A stretch of DNA of 63,973 nt, the filler included, from Octopus bimaculoides (taxonomy: Eukaryota): NCBI RefSeq assembly GCF_001194135.2. It is 6 parts of 5 records of this genome, joined end to end, with 100 filler letters (N's around TTAATTAATTAA, not from the genome) between each part and the next. Parts side by side here need not be neighbours in the genome. Positions count along the whole stretch, not along the records: positions 35,065 to 41,692 come from NC_069003.1; positions 41,793 to 60,418 come from NC_068990.1; 4 more parts are not named here. The stretch is one strand, 5' to 3'. Below the pieces are notes generated by a model, which was not told where the DNA came from, made no database searches, and worked only from the letters and a program-made list of their open reading frames with translations. How positions within the stretch are numbered: position 1 is the stretch's first letter; each line of letters begins with the position of its first letter. Shown piece by piece: positions 37,294-49,349 of this stretch. Made by a program: the position numbers and the translations under genes.

Positions 37294-37555
37294 TACAGGG
37301 ATGTAAACACACCAACATTGGCTATCAAGCAGTGACGGGAGACAAACAGACACATGTTACAGGGATGTAAATACACCAATGTTAGTGTATTTACATCCCT
37401 GTAACTTAGCAGTTTGGCTATAGAGACCAATAGAATAAGTACCAAGCTTAAAAAATTATAAGTACTGGGGTCAATTCATTTGACTAAAAATTCTCCAAGG
37501 TGGTTCCCCAGCATGGCCATTGTCGGATGACTGAAACAAAGTAAAAGAAGCTAAA
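37045..37555 (+). mobile_element. Rearranged family-2 SINE with an internal inversion and triplicated segment
   Basis: Plus head, then three minus-oriented GGGATGTAAA[C/T]ACACCAA units, a fold-back at 37356-37405, then the plus tail. Confidence 0.65.
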
Positions 37556-37679
37556 AGACAAAAGATGTATACTTTCAGTATGATACATGGTTGGCAAATG
37601 TATTTAATCCGTTTTTTAATGTAAGAAAAACCAGGAAAGGAAATTATAAAAGAATGTGTTCAGTAATAATAATAATAAT

Positions 37680-37857
37680 CTTTTCTACTCGAGGCACAAG
37701 ACCCCAAATTTGGGGGGAGGGGGGGGGCAGTCGATTAGATCGACCCAGTATGCAACTGGTACTTAATTTATTGACCCCAAAAGGATGAAAGGCAAAGTCG
37801 ACCCTGGCAGAATTTGAACTCAGAACGTAAAGACAGATGAAGTACCGCTAAGCATTT
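37680..37857 (-). mobile_element. SINE family 1 (head truncated by an insertion at 37858)
   Basis: Matches 41110-41325. Confidence 0.85.
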
Positions 37858-37948
37858 CCCTGAAAGTTTCATCCGAATCCATCCATCGGTTCTTGAGATA
37901 TCTTGTCCCACGGACAAACAAAGAAACAAACATAATTGAAATCAATAC
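37858..37948 (+). mobile_element. Possible Helentron-associated non-autonomous (HINE/DINE-1-like) end
   Basis: AAAGTTTCATCCGAATCC..CGGTTCTTGAGATATCTTG..CGGACAAACAAAGAAACAAAC resembles the AAATTTCA..AATCGG...GAGATAT...(ACAG)n pattern of these elements, from recall. Confidence 0.4.
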
Positions 37949-38455
37949 NNNNNNNNNNNNNNNNNNNNNNNNNNNNNNNNNNNNNNNNNNNNNNNNNNNN
38001 NNNNNNNNNNNNNNNNNNNNNNNNNNNNNNNNNNNNNNNNNNNNNNNNNNNNNNNNNNNNNNNNNNNNNNNNNNNNNNNNNNNNNNNNNNNNNNNNNNNN
38101 NNNNNNNNNNNNNNNNNNNNNNNNNNNNNNNNNNNNNNNNNNNNNNNNNNNNNNNNNNNNNNNNNNNNNNNNNNNNNNNNNNNNNNNNNNNNNNNNNNNN
38201 NNNNNNNNNNNNNNNNNNNNNNNNNNNNNNNNNNNNNNNNNNNNNNNNNNNNNNNNNNNNNNNNNNNNNNNNNNNNNNNNNNNNNNNNNNNNNNNNNNNN
38301 NNNNNNNNNNNNNNNNNNNNNNNNNNNNNNNNNNNNNNNNNNNNNNNNNNNNNNNNNNNNNNNNNNNNNNNNNNNNNNNNNNNNNNNNNNNNNNNNNNNN
38401 NNNNNNNNNNNNNNNNNNNNNNNNNNNNNNNNNNNNNNNNNNNNNNNNNNNNNNN

Positions 38456-38806
38456 GTCTCGGTCAGTAGTCATCGCCTCGGTGAGGCCCAATGTACGAAG
38501 GTCTTGCCTCACCACCTCAGCCCAGGTCTTCCTGGGCCTACCTCTTCCACGGGTTCCCTCAACTGTTAGGGTGTGGCACTTTTTCACGCAGCTATCCTCA
38601 TCCATTCTCACCACATGTCCATACCAGCGCAATCGTCTCTCTTGCACACCACAACTGATGCTTCTAATGTTCAGCTTTTCTCTCAAGATACTTACACTCT
38701 GACGGGTATTCACATTGACATTACACATCCAACGGAGCATACTGGCTTCATTCCTTGCGAGCTTACGTATGTCCTCAGCAGTTACAGCCCATGTTTCACT
38801 GCCATC
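38456..38806 (-). mobile_element. RTE-clade LINE C-terminal fragment
   Basis: GSETWAVTAE...RLRWYGHVVRM...GTRGRGRPRKTWAEVVRQDL. Confidence 0.92.
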
Positions 38807-39319
38807 AGCAGCAGCAGCAGCAAAGTAGATTGTGAGCTTAGAGTGCAGTCTAGAGACTATATAAGATGAAGAGTAACAAAAGCTTGCTGATTCAACATGA
38901 AACTGTTTCTAAAAAATAGCAAAACGTGACATTGGTGCTCATTGCAAACAACTAGAATCTTATTCCATCACATTTATGTGGTGTTATGTCCTTCCTTAAA
39001 GATACTTTGCGAATGGTTATCAAAAACATATTAGATCCGTTTATAGTTTCTGTTACGAAATACTTTCAGTTTCTATTTGGAATAACGCCTCCATGTTTTG
39101 CTTCGGAAAACACAGTAACTTGGTTTTTTTTTAAAATTTTTGTTTTTGTTTTTGCATTGTCAATTTTTGTATTTTCTTTCAAGCAGCAGTTTTAAAAAAA
39201 AATTCCCTTTGAAGAATAACATACGGATGCATACTGTGACAAACAGAATAATGTTATAAATAGATTCAGAATGACACATAGGTGTGTGTGTGTGATGTGT
39301 GAGTGTGTGTGTATATATA

Positions 39320-39387
<68 letters not shown>

Positions 39388-39829
39388 TATATATATATAT
39401 ATTTATATATACATATATAAAATATATATATGATAAACTAAAAGAAGCCCATTGGATATATATATATATATATATATATATATNNNNNNNNNNNNNNNNN
39501 NNNNNNNNNNNNNNNNNNNNNNNNNNNNNNNNNNNNNNNNNNNNNNNNNNNNNNNNNNNNNNNNNNNNNNNNNNNNNNNNNNNNNNNNNNNNNNNNNNNN
39601 NNNNNNNNNNNNNNNNNNNNNNNNNNNNNNNNNNNNNNNNNNNNNNNNNNNNNNNNNNNNNNNNNNNNNNNNNNNNNNNNNNNNNNNNNNNNNNNNNNNN
39701 NNNNNNNNNNNNNNNNNNNNNNNNNNNNNNNNNNNNNNNNNNNNNNNNNNNNNNNNNNNNNNNNNNNNNNNNNNNNNNNNNNNNNNNNNNNNNNNNNNNN
39801 NNNNNNNNNNNNNNNNNNNNNNNNNNNNN

Positions 39830-39882
<53 letters not shown>

Positions 39883-40159
39883 TATATATGTATGTGTGTG
39901 TATGTATACATATATATATATATATATATAAAGCAACACATGCAGAGATATACGTGACATGAGCCCCAAGTCTTGGAAATATGCATAGCATGCAGAAAAT
40001 GGCTTTGGTAGGCACTGCACACATTATATTAATTACATTGAGTACTTTGAATATAATAGAAACATGTGAACCAAAATATAACAGTGCAACACACCTGAGG
40101 CTCTCCAAGGTGTACTCGGCAGCACTGAAAGCATGCAATCAAAAAACAACACTACTGAA

Positions 40160-40514
40160 TAGTAGTAATAATAATAATAACAATGATGATGACGATGACG
40201 ATGGGAATGATGGTGATGATGATGACGATGGTGACAGTGATGGTTGGGAGGATGTTGGTGAGGATGATGATGATGATGATCATGATCATGATGACAGTGA
40301 TGATAGGGATGATGATGATGATAATGATGATAATAATGATGATGATGCTACTAATAATAATGATAATAATAGTAGTAGTGGTAATAATATTACTACTACT
40401 ACTACTAATAGCGATGACGATGATGATGATGATAATAATAATAGTAATAGGAGTATTGATAATAATAATAATAATAGGATTGTTGATAACAATAACAATA
40501 ATAACAATAGTAGC

Positions 40515-40604
<90 letters not shown>

Positions 40605-40690
40605 GGTAATAATAATAATAATAATGGTAATAATGGTAATAATAATAATAATAATAATAATGGTAATAATAATAATAATAGTAATGATAT
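40160..40690. repeat. Compound (GAT)n/(AAT)n microsatellite
   Basis: Direct reading. GGT interruptions recur with ~30-nt period at 40545-40665. Confidence 0.95.
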
Positions 40691-40762
40691 TATTTATTTG
40701 TGACAATAAGGAAGTAGGTGGTGACAGGTGAAGTGGTGGCAGCAATGTGTGTGTATGAGTGC

Positions 40763-40797
<35 letters not shown>

Positions 40798-41109
40798 CGT
40801 ATTTTGCTTCAAGGGAAGACGAGAGATAACCTCAAAATACAACGCACTCGGATCGATAATTTATTGTGAAAAAAGTCACGGTAATGACAATGATGATGAT
40901 GATGATGATGATTACATTGATAGTGATGTTGATGATGATTATATTGATGATGACGACGATGATGGTGATGGTGATGATTTTGATGACAGTATAAAGAACC
41001 AGAATAAATATTGCAAAGTGGGTTTTTTTTTTGTTTTTTTCTTTTGTGCCACTACAACAATTCTTTTAAAGTTCACTGTCTTCTTAACAACAACAACAAC
41101 AATAATAAT

Positions 41110-41325
41110 GCTTTCTACTGTAGGCACAAGGGCTGAAATTTGGTGGGAGGGAACTAGTTGATTACATCGACCCCAGTGTTTCACTGGTACTTAGTTTATT
41201 GACCCCCAAAAGGAAGAAAGGCAAAAATCGACCTCGGTGGAATTTGAACTCAGAACGTAGCGGCAGACGAAGTACCGCTACGCATTTTGCTGGTATGCTA
41301 ACGATTCTGCCAGCTCACCACCTTA
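41110..41325 (-). mobile_element. SINE family 1, tail variant A
   Basis: Head and central domain present; tail CCCTTGTGCCTACAGTAGAAAG(ATT)n. Confidence 0.88.
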
Positions 41326-41439
41326 ACAACAACAACAACAACAATAATAATAATAATAATGTTTCTATTATAGTTATAAGGTCTGAAAGTTAGGGTAGGG
41401 GATTCATTGATTGTATCGAATCCTTCAGTCCCTCAGTTA

Positions 41440-41630
41440 CTACCTCAATCACTCACTCATTCCCTTAATCACTCACTCCCCTCAATCACTCACTCCCCCA
41501 ATCACTCACTCCCCCACTCATTCACTCCCCCAATCACTCACTCCCCCACTCATTCACTCCCCCAATCACTCATTCCCCCACTCATTCACTCCCTTAATTA
41601 CTCACAATCTCCCTCAATCCCTCACTCACT
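41440..41630. repeat. C-rich ~16-17-bp minisatellite (CAATCACTCACTCCCC / ACTCATTCACTCCCCC)
   Basis: Direct reading, about 11 units. Confidence 0.85.
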
Positions 41631-41792
41631 TGCTCTCTCCTTATATTACATATATATATATATATTATTAGGGACAAAATCCAAAATTACAGNNNNNNNN
41701 NNNNNNNNNNNNNNNNNNNNNNNNNNNNNNNNNNNNTTAATTAATTAANNNNNNNNNNNNNNNNNNNNNNNNNNNNNNNNNNNNNNNNNNNN

Positions 41793-42830
41793 GTCCCTAA
41801 GCTTCTCAAGACGAAGAATTTATACAGGTCAGACACCTTAGAATACGATAGACTACTAGAAAGTAACATCACACAAAAGTATAGGCGCGTACCCCCGCAC
41901 ACATATAGCGACATCAACAATGAAACAAAAAAAAAAATTGCTGATGAACCAGAGATAGCTGAGAGGATAGAGATCCTAGCTAAAAGAAACCTTTTCATCA
42001 CCGTAACGGATCATAAACCGAACTTTGCCTCTAACCCCAAATGCCGCTGATCAATCCGATCAAAGTCGAAATCGGCGAGCAAACACATATTGAAAGATAT
42101 CAATAACATCATCTCTGCAGAGATGACGCCCTGGCTATCTCCAATGGGAACAAGCGGCCATACACTAGATAGGATCAGGAAAAACTTAATCATCACGCTT
42201 GCCTCCATGGGATTGAAGATCACCATTGAGACTAACCTCTTAACAGCGGACTACTTCGACGTCACGCTCGACTTGGGCTCCGGTACTTACAGACCTTACC
42301 GCAAACCAAACGTGATATATGTACATCAACACAGCCTCCTGACATCCACCCATCGTGTTCAAGAACATGGTAAAAGATGTTAGTAAGAGGATTTCGAGCT
42401 TTTTCTTCTAACCAAGAAGCCTTTGACGCAGCGGCCCCGTACTATGATGAGGCCCTAGCTGCCAGCGAGTTTAGGGACCGCATCTCTTATATGCCGGAAC
42501 CTAACAGTCGCAGAAGGAAGTGCCGCAGAAATATAATTTGGTTTGCCCCCCTCTTCTCCCTTTACACAATAACGCCCGTAGGTAGACTATTCCTTAAATT
42601 AATAGACAAGCACTTCACTATCTCCCATAGGTACTGGCCCATTTTCAACAGGCACAACATTAGGATCTCGTTTAGCTGTGACCCCAATATTAGGAGCGTC
42701 CTAGTTAGCGTCCCTAAGCCACAGGAAGAAGCAGGTTGTTCGTGGAAGAACCGCAGCATTTGCCTAGAAGGAGGCCGCTGCGAAACCAAGGAGTCATCTA
42801 TCAAGCTGAAGTACTAGCGAACCCTGCCAA
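41793..42830 (+). mobile_element. Penelope-like element: internally deleted, frameshifted RT, linker and the start of the GIY-YIG region
   Basis: FITVTDHKPNFASNPKCRLINP; GLKITIETNL...DYFDVTLDL..GTYRPYRKPN; RRNIIWFAPLFS...FLKLIDKHF; Cys-rich linker; GVIYQAEV. Confidence 0.88.
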
Positions 42831-44010
42831 TACGACCGACAGAAGCAATAGCTGCCGTAGACACAAGAACAGAGCTAGCCACACCGCCACCATCGTCGCA
42901 GTGAACAGCATTAGCAATGTCAACAGTACCAGCACTGACAACACTCGTGACAGCACCACCATTAACATCAACAACAGCAATATTACGATCAACACCAGCC
43001 TTACTAGTAGCTTCCCTGACGTCCATAGTAGCAGACCTGTCAACGTCCACGCTAGGAGACCTGACAACCCCTACAGTAGCAGCAGAAACAGGTCCAGTGC
43101 TATAACCAGCTATAAAGGTAGCAACACCAACAGCAGAGGCAGCGACCCTAGCGGAAGCACTAGCATAAACACGGCTAATGGCACCTCTAGCAGCAGTGGC
43201 AGCTCCCCCAACCATCGGTGAAGACCGCAATAATAATAGTAATAACAATAACAATTGTTGTTGGCACTCCGTCGCTTACGACGTCGAGGGTTCCAGTTGA
43301 TCCGATCAACGGAACAGCCTGCTCGTGAAATTAACGTGCAAGTGGCTGAGCACTCCACAGACACGTGTACCCTTTAACGTAGTTCTCGGGGATATTCAGC
43401 ATGACCCAGTGTGACAATGCTGACCCTTTGTATTGCAGGCACAACAGAAACAGGAAGTAAGAGTGAGAGAAAGTTGTGGTGGAAGAGTACAGCAGGGTTC
43501 GCCACCATCCCCTGCCGGATCCTCGAGGAGCTTTAGGTGTTTTCGCTCAATAAACACTCACAACGCCCGGTCTGGGAATCGAAACCGCGATCCTATGACC
43601 GCGAGTCCGCTGCCCTAACCACTGGGCCATTGCGCCTCCGCAATAATAATAGTAATAACAATAACAATAATTACATTAATAACAACAGCGCCTTCTCCAT
43701 AAGCGGCAGTGACGATAGCGTTACCAATGCCAACCACCCCCGCACCATTGCCAAGACCAACACCAGCAGCTCCGACTCCAACAACAACAATATCGACGAC
43801 AGCAGCGGCAACAACAACAGCAACAGCAACATCAGCAGCAACAACGGCAGCAACGGTGACAACAACAGGTGCAGCACCGGCAACACACGCAGAGGCGGTA
43901 ACATTACCGACGCAACCACCACTTCCAGCGGCACCAACACCAGCAGCCTCAGCCCCAGCATCAGCAGCAACAACAGCAGCTGCAACCGTAACAGGTGCAG
44001 AACCGACGTC
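42830..44010 (+). repeat. Cryptically simple AAC/AGC/ACC-rich region split by a SINE
   Basis: Open, low-complexity Asn/Ser/Thr- or Thr/Ala-rich frames at 42830-43220 and 43670-44010. Confidence 0.7.
43256..43639 (-). mobile_element. SINE family 3, full length, 29-bp TSD
   Basis: GCAATAATAATAGTAATAACAATAACAAT at 43227-43255 and 43640-43668. Confidence 0.93.
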
Positions 44011-44105
44011 ACGCGCCAATGGCAAAGGGAGATAATCTTCTTGTCTACATACATAACTAGGCCTTCCCCTCCATATTTTGAAGAGGTCTTAGACCAACAG
44101 GCTTT

Positions 44106-44168
44106 TGGGGTCTGACGATACGCCATAAAGTTAAACTCTTTATGGACGGGAAACCCAGGGTAATCCCA
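44106..44168 (+). ncRNA. Type I hammerhead ribozyme candidate with an intact core
   Basis: Stem I TGGGGT/ATCCCA; core CTGACGA (44112-44118); stem II CCATAAAG/CTTTATGG; GAAA (44150-44153); palindromic stem III CCC-A-GGG; GTA cleavage triplet (44160-44162). Confidence 0.75.
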
Positions 44169-44589
44169 TAAACAGACCTTCCCCAGTAAAAAAAAAAAAA
44201 AAAATATTGCTCTACATCTTAGAGTGTGCTTCTTCGGATATATGTTTTCTACAAANNNNNNNNNNNNNNNNNNNNNNNNNNNNNNNNNNNNNNNNNNNNN
44301 NNNNNNNNNNACACACACACACACACACACACACACATTTCTTTGAAGATTGTAATTGTTTATAAGTGAAGAGAATGTATAGCAAGATAATTTGTGTGGT
44401 ATGTGTCGTGGTTGTGTCATTGTAGTGTTAAATGAATCCCTTGATGGATGTTTACAGACGTAAAGTCTGATAGAAAGTGTGGAAGTTTAAGGCGAGCACG
44501 TATACTTTCAAATATGTACGACTGATTAGTTATAGGAGAAGGCAAATAGATTATTGTAGGAAAAAAAAACCTGTCAGTACTCGCTCCAG

Positions 44590-44720
44590 TGATGCAGCAG
44601 CGAGAATTCTCATCCAAAAGATAAGAGACAGATATACAGACAGACAACTTGGACATGGAATTCTTCAAGGTACGGTCAAAAGGTCTGCTGATGTCAAAGA
44701 CTGTCATGGACGATGTACCA
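44590..44720 (-). mobile_element. Possible CR1-type RT remnant
   Basis: TVFDISRPFDR...SKL resembles VALDISKAFDRV...LxKL. Confidence 0.35.
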
Positions 44721-45656
44721 AAGTTTAGAATATGCGCTCTTATTGAGGCTCGAAGTCAGACAATATTTTAACACATTGTTTTATTATATAAATGAGATAC
44801 GCTGAATCGACATGTTTGAACCATAGGATAAAAAAATCATGCTGAAATCACTCAATAAAAAACAGTCGTCACTTTTACAATACTACTTCTGTTTGATAAC
44901 ATAGTACCTACTTATAAGGTAGCCTGTGTTATTGAAACCATGACACATAGTTATTGATACAACGCGCCATCGAGTGACAGGACGCAAACCGCTGACCTTT
45001 TGTTTGCTCAAGACATTATCGACTTGACAACCTACTTAAATAACATTCATAATATAAAATTAAATAAATAAATAAAATCTCACCCTAGGTGAAAATTCAG
45101 TGTATCCATTTTCTTGCAACGTAGAAATTCCAGCACATAAACAGCAGTTGGTCGTGTATAGTTGTTGTTGTTGTAGCTGTAGGTGCTACTGCTTTTGCTG
45201 CTTCTGCTGTTGTTGTTTAGCTCCTTATCAACTTTGATTTCAATTATATGTTCAAAGCCATTTCAGTAGTGACTATCGTGTCTTTTTAAGAGAAAGTAGA
45301 ACCATATTATGCAATGCGACACTTCTTTGTCAAAGACAGTAAGACAAAATAAAAGTATGATTTGGTTGATATTTATTCTCCTTCATTGGCTGGGGTATGA
45401 TATGGTATGTGAGGCAACAGAAACTGCTAATAGGAATGCAATCATCATATGTATATGTATAAGAAACTGTTTTCATTGACTTCTACATGGCTACAGATAA
45501 TATGCTAGAGATATGACTGCGAAAAAACGATGATACAAAGAATATTTTCTTCAGGTGAATATATCTTCATAAGACACATGGGGAAATTGTCAACAGTGCT
45601 GATCCATTGAATCCATTTAACATAACTGTAATTTTTGCTTTTATTTATTTATTTTT

Positions 45657-45695
<39 letters not shown>

Positions 45696-45699
45696 ATTG

Positions 45700-46012
45700 T
45701 GGGGGTGCAATAGCCCAGTGGTTAGGGCAGCAGACTCGCGGTCATTGGATCGCGGTTTCGATTCCCAGACCGGGCGTTGTGTGTGNNNNNNNNNNCACAA
45801 CTTTCTCTCACTCTTACTTCCTGTTTCTGTTGTGCCTGTAATTCAAAGGGTCAGCCTTGTCACACTGTGTCATGCTGAATTTCCCCGAGAACTACGTTAA
45901 GGGTACACGTGTCTGTGGAGTGCTCAGCCACTTGCACTTTAATTTCACGAGCAGGCTGTTCCGCTGATCGGATCAACTGGAACCCTCGACGTCGTAAGCG
46001 ATGGAGTGCCAA
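45700..46012 (+). mobile_element. SINE family 3 with an internal gap
   Basis: Head GGGGTGCAATAGCCCAGTGGTTAGGGCAGC; body matches 53230. Confidence 0.88.
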
Positions 46013-46094
46013 CATGTATGTATGTATGTATGTATGTATGTTTGTATGTATGTATGTATGCATGTATGCATGCATGTATATTTTCAACGTCAGT

Positions 46095-46250
46095 AGCGTT
46101 AAACGACTTAACGTTCTGAGTTCACATTCCGCTACGGTCGACTTTGCTTTTCATCCTCACGGGGTCAATAGAATAAGAACTATTCGAGAATTGTATTCGA
46201 TGTAATCGACTTGCCAAACTCTACCAAAATTTCAAGCCCTCTGCTTAAAG
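46095..46250 (+). mobile_element. Old SINE family 1 fragment
   Basis: GTTCTGAGTTCACATTCCGC..GGTCGACTTTGCTTTTCATCC. Confidence 0.65.
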
Positions 46251-46847
46251 AGGACAGAAAATAAATTTGTCTTGGCGAGAAGGCAACTCGGAACGTTTTT
46301 GGTTTCTTCTTTGTCTTCAGAAGAATAAATTAAGTATACTGACTCCAGTAATATACTAACTTTAGATATATATTGAGTCTTCCGTATTAATAATAAGTGT
46401 TGCAGCTTTCCGATCCATGAAGCTCACTGTCTCACTGGTTTAATGTGGAAGCGTTTCAGTTTTCCACAGACTCGCGTTCCCTTGACGTAGCCTTCGGACA
46501 AGCGTGACAGATGCTCGGCTCATAAATAGACTTTTTGAATTATAGATGAATTCCATCTCATGTACTTACATAGTTTCCGTCTCCCTCATTTCACTCATAG
46601 GATTTAGGTCCATCATAAGGTATAGCTAATTAATCAGCTGTGGCAAACAGTGTTTAGTAGGTTGTGTGTAAGATGTTGTTACCGCTGTCTCCTTCAATCT
46701 TGAATAACAAAAATTAGCAGATCGGCTTTTTAGATATAAAGTAATGATATACTAAAATTACAATAATATAGAACAGTTATAACTCTCTCATAAGAAAGTA
46801 TCACACCTTCTGGAATGCACCTATTACATACATACAAACGTGTATAA

Positions 46848-46888
<41 letters not shown>

Positions 46889-47557
46889 CGTGCGCGTGCG
46901 CGTATATGTGTAAGTGAAGTTTTGACTGTTTAGTAAGGAAAAGATCATCTAAATAGCACATCATCTCTATCCATATTCATAACAAATTAATTCATAATTC
47001 ATAATTCATTATTCATTATTCATTATACTGAATCTTTGGAATAATATTAAATATGATGCATGGTATAATTTTTTTTACAAACATACAATTTTACCCTCGC
47101 TGTGAAAAACAGCGTTTACATCACAGTTATTAGATTTCTGCGAGCAGAATAAGCGGGACCGATCTGATTAGTCCCTAGACCATCTTATAGTTTCCTCAGA
47201 GAAGGCGTTCTCACTTTCTGTCCAAGAGTCTTAGGCCTCTGCATACTTGTATGTATCTATGTATATATGTATGTATGTATGTATGTATGAATGTATGTAT
47301 GTATGTATGTATGTATGTATGCATGTATGTGTCTATATATATATATGTGTGTGTGCGTGCATATATATCTATGTAACACACGCACACATACATATATACA
47401 TGCATGCATAGATAGATACATAGTGTATACATACGCATATATACATACACATCATACATACACACAAACACATATGGATATAGACATACATATATATATA
47501 TGGATACACACGCACACTCACTCACACACAGACGCACACACACACACACACACACAT

Positions 47558-47592
<35 letters not shown>

Positions 47593-47876
47593 AGGTTCTA
47601 TATTTTATCAGGATCTTTTAAAATAAAAGAAGAAAAAGGGAAAAATAATCAAAAGAAAACTTTCTCAGTGACTGACTTTTTCACAGTGATGGTGTTTAAT
47701 TGGTGAAATGTCTTGACAAATAGAGCGTGTCCTAGAGTTGGACAATCCTTTGTATTTGCAACACTTGGGTACATCTCCTTCATTGATCACACGCTCTTTC
47801 CTTAGCTCTTGTTTCTCTCTTTCTTTATCTAACTCACTCTCTCTGAGTTTATATCTATATAAAGTATGTTCTCGGA

Positions 47877-47967
<91 letters not shown>

Positions 47968-48032
47968 GAAATGATTATTGTTGTTATTTCTGCCCCGATA
48001 ATTTTTTCCCAAACCATTTGAAACTTTTATGT

Positions 48033-48072
<40 letters not shown>

Positions 48073-48201
48073 ATACACGTGTGTTTGAGTTAAAATCTAT
48101 AAATGAATGTGTACCTGTTAGTAATTGTGTTTAACTATACAGATACATTTGATACATATACATGCACGTGATGTATGTATGCATGCGTACATACATTCAT
48201 G

Positions 48202-48275
<74 letters not shown>

Positions 48276-48499
48276 CAAACATACATACATAAATACATAC
48301 ATACTACACAGACACACATATAATAGCATACATATATACATACATATATACAAGCATATATATACTCATAAGTTTGTATGTGTGGGTGTATATGCATGAA
48401 TGTATGGAAAAAAAACGATCTATATCTAAAAGTAAAGTAAGAGGAAAAAAGATTTAAGAAACAGAAACACGTAAAAATAAGTTGATTGTGTTGGGGAAG

Positions 48500-48568
<69 letters not shown>

Positions 48569-49349
48569 TGATTGATATATAAATAGCAACAGATATAAAT
48601 AGATAGATATACAAGAATTAAAACAAGCAGTTTAACAGATAGCTATCACTCTAGATAAATTGATTACTAGATAGACAAACGAATAGACTAATAGACAAAT
48701 AGACAGACAGATAAGAGGACTGACAGACAAGCAGACAAACAGATGCATAAAGAGATAGGTAGTCAAATAGACAGAAACATAGACAGATTGATAAATGTGT
48801 CTCTAGACATGTAAGTAGTTAGTTCGGTAGATAAAAGTATAATGAAGATAGCTAGCTAGTTAGACAGATAGATATCAAGGAGATTGTTGTTATTTGTTTT
48901 GCAGAAACCTAATGATATTGTTCGAAATATTGAAGTATGCTCGAGCAAAATGACCAATTATTTAGGCACTAAAATAACTAGATATCATCATACCCGGATA
49001 TCAATGTTATCGGGCTTTAAGATGAGCATTCCTCACGTTCACTAGAATAACCAGAAACCAAAATAACTAGGCACCAAAATTTCCAGATAAAATGTCTAGA
49101 TACCAAAATGGCCCTGCTACCCGATAGTCTTAACGAACTCTAAGTAGGTTTAGCAACATCTCATTTAGAGAGTTCAAAACTCATGAGGTATTCACTTGGT
49201 CATAAATGTGCCAGAGGGCAAGAAAATTAAAAAATAAACATACTGTATGTTACCAACTGTATCAAATTGCACGATGCAGTGATCTAAGGGGAAAACCTCA
49301 ACATACAAGCGTATTAAAGAACAGAATTACAAAAAAATAGACGATTTAC

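Noticed and set aside
39981-40766. Asp/Asn-rich 240-aa ORF and overlapping Ile/Met-rich ORFs
   Set aside because: Compound (GAT)/(AAT) microsatellite.
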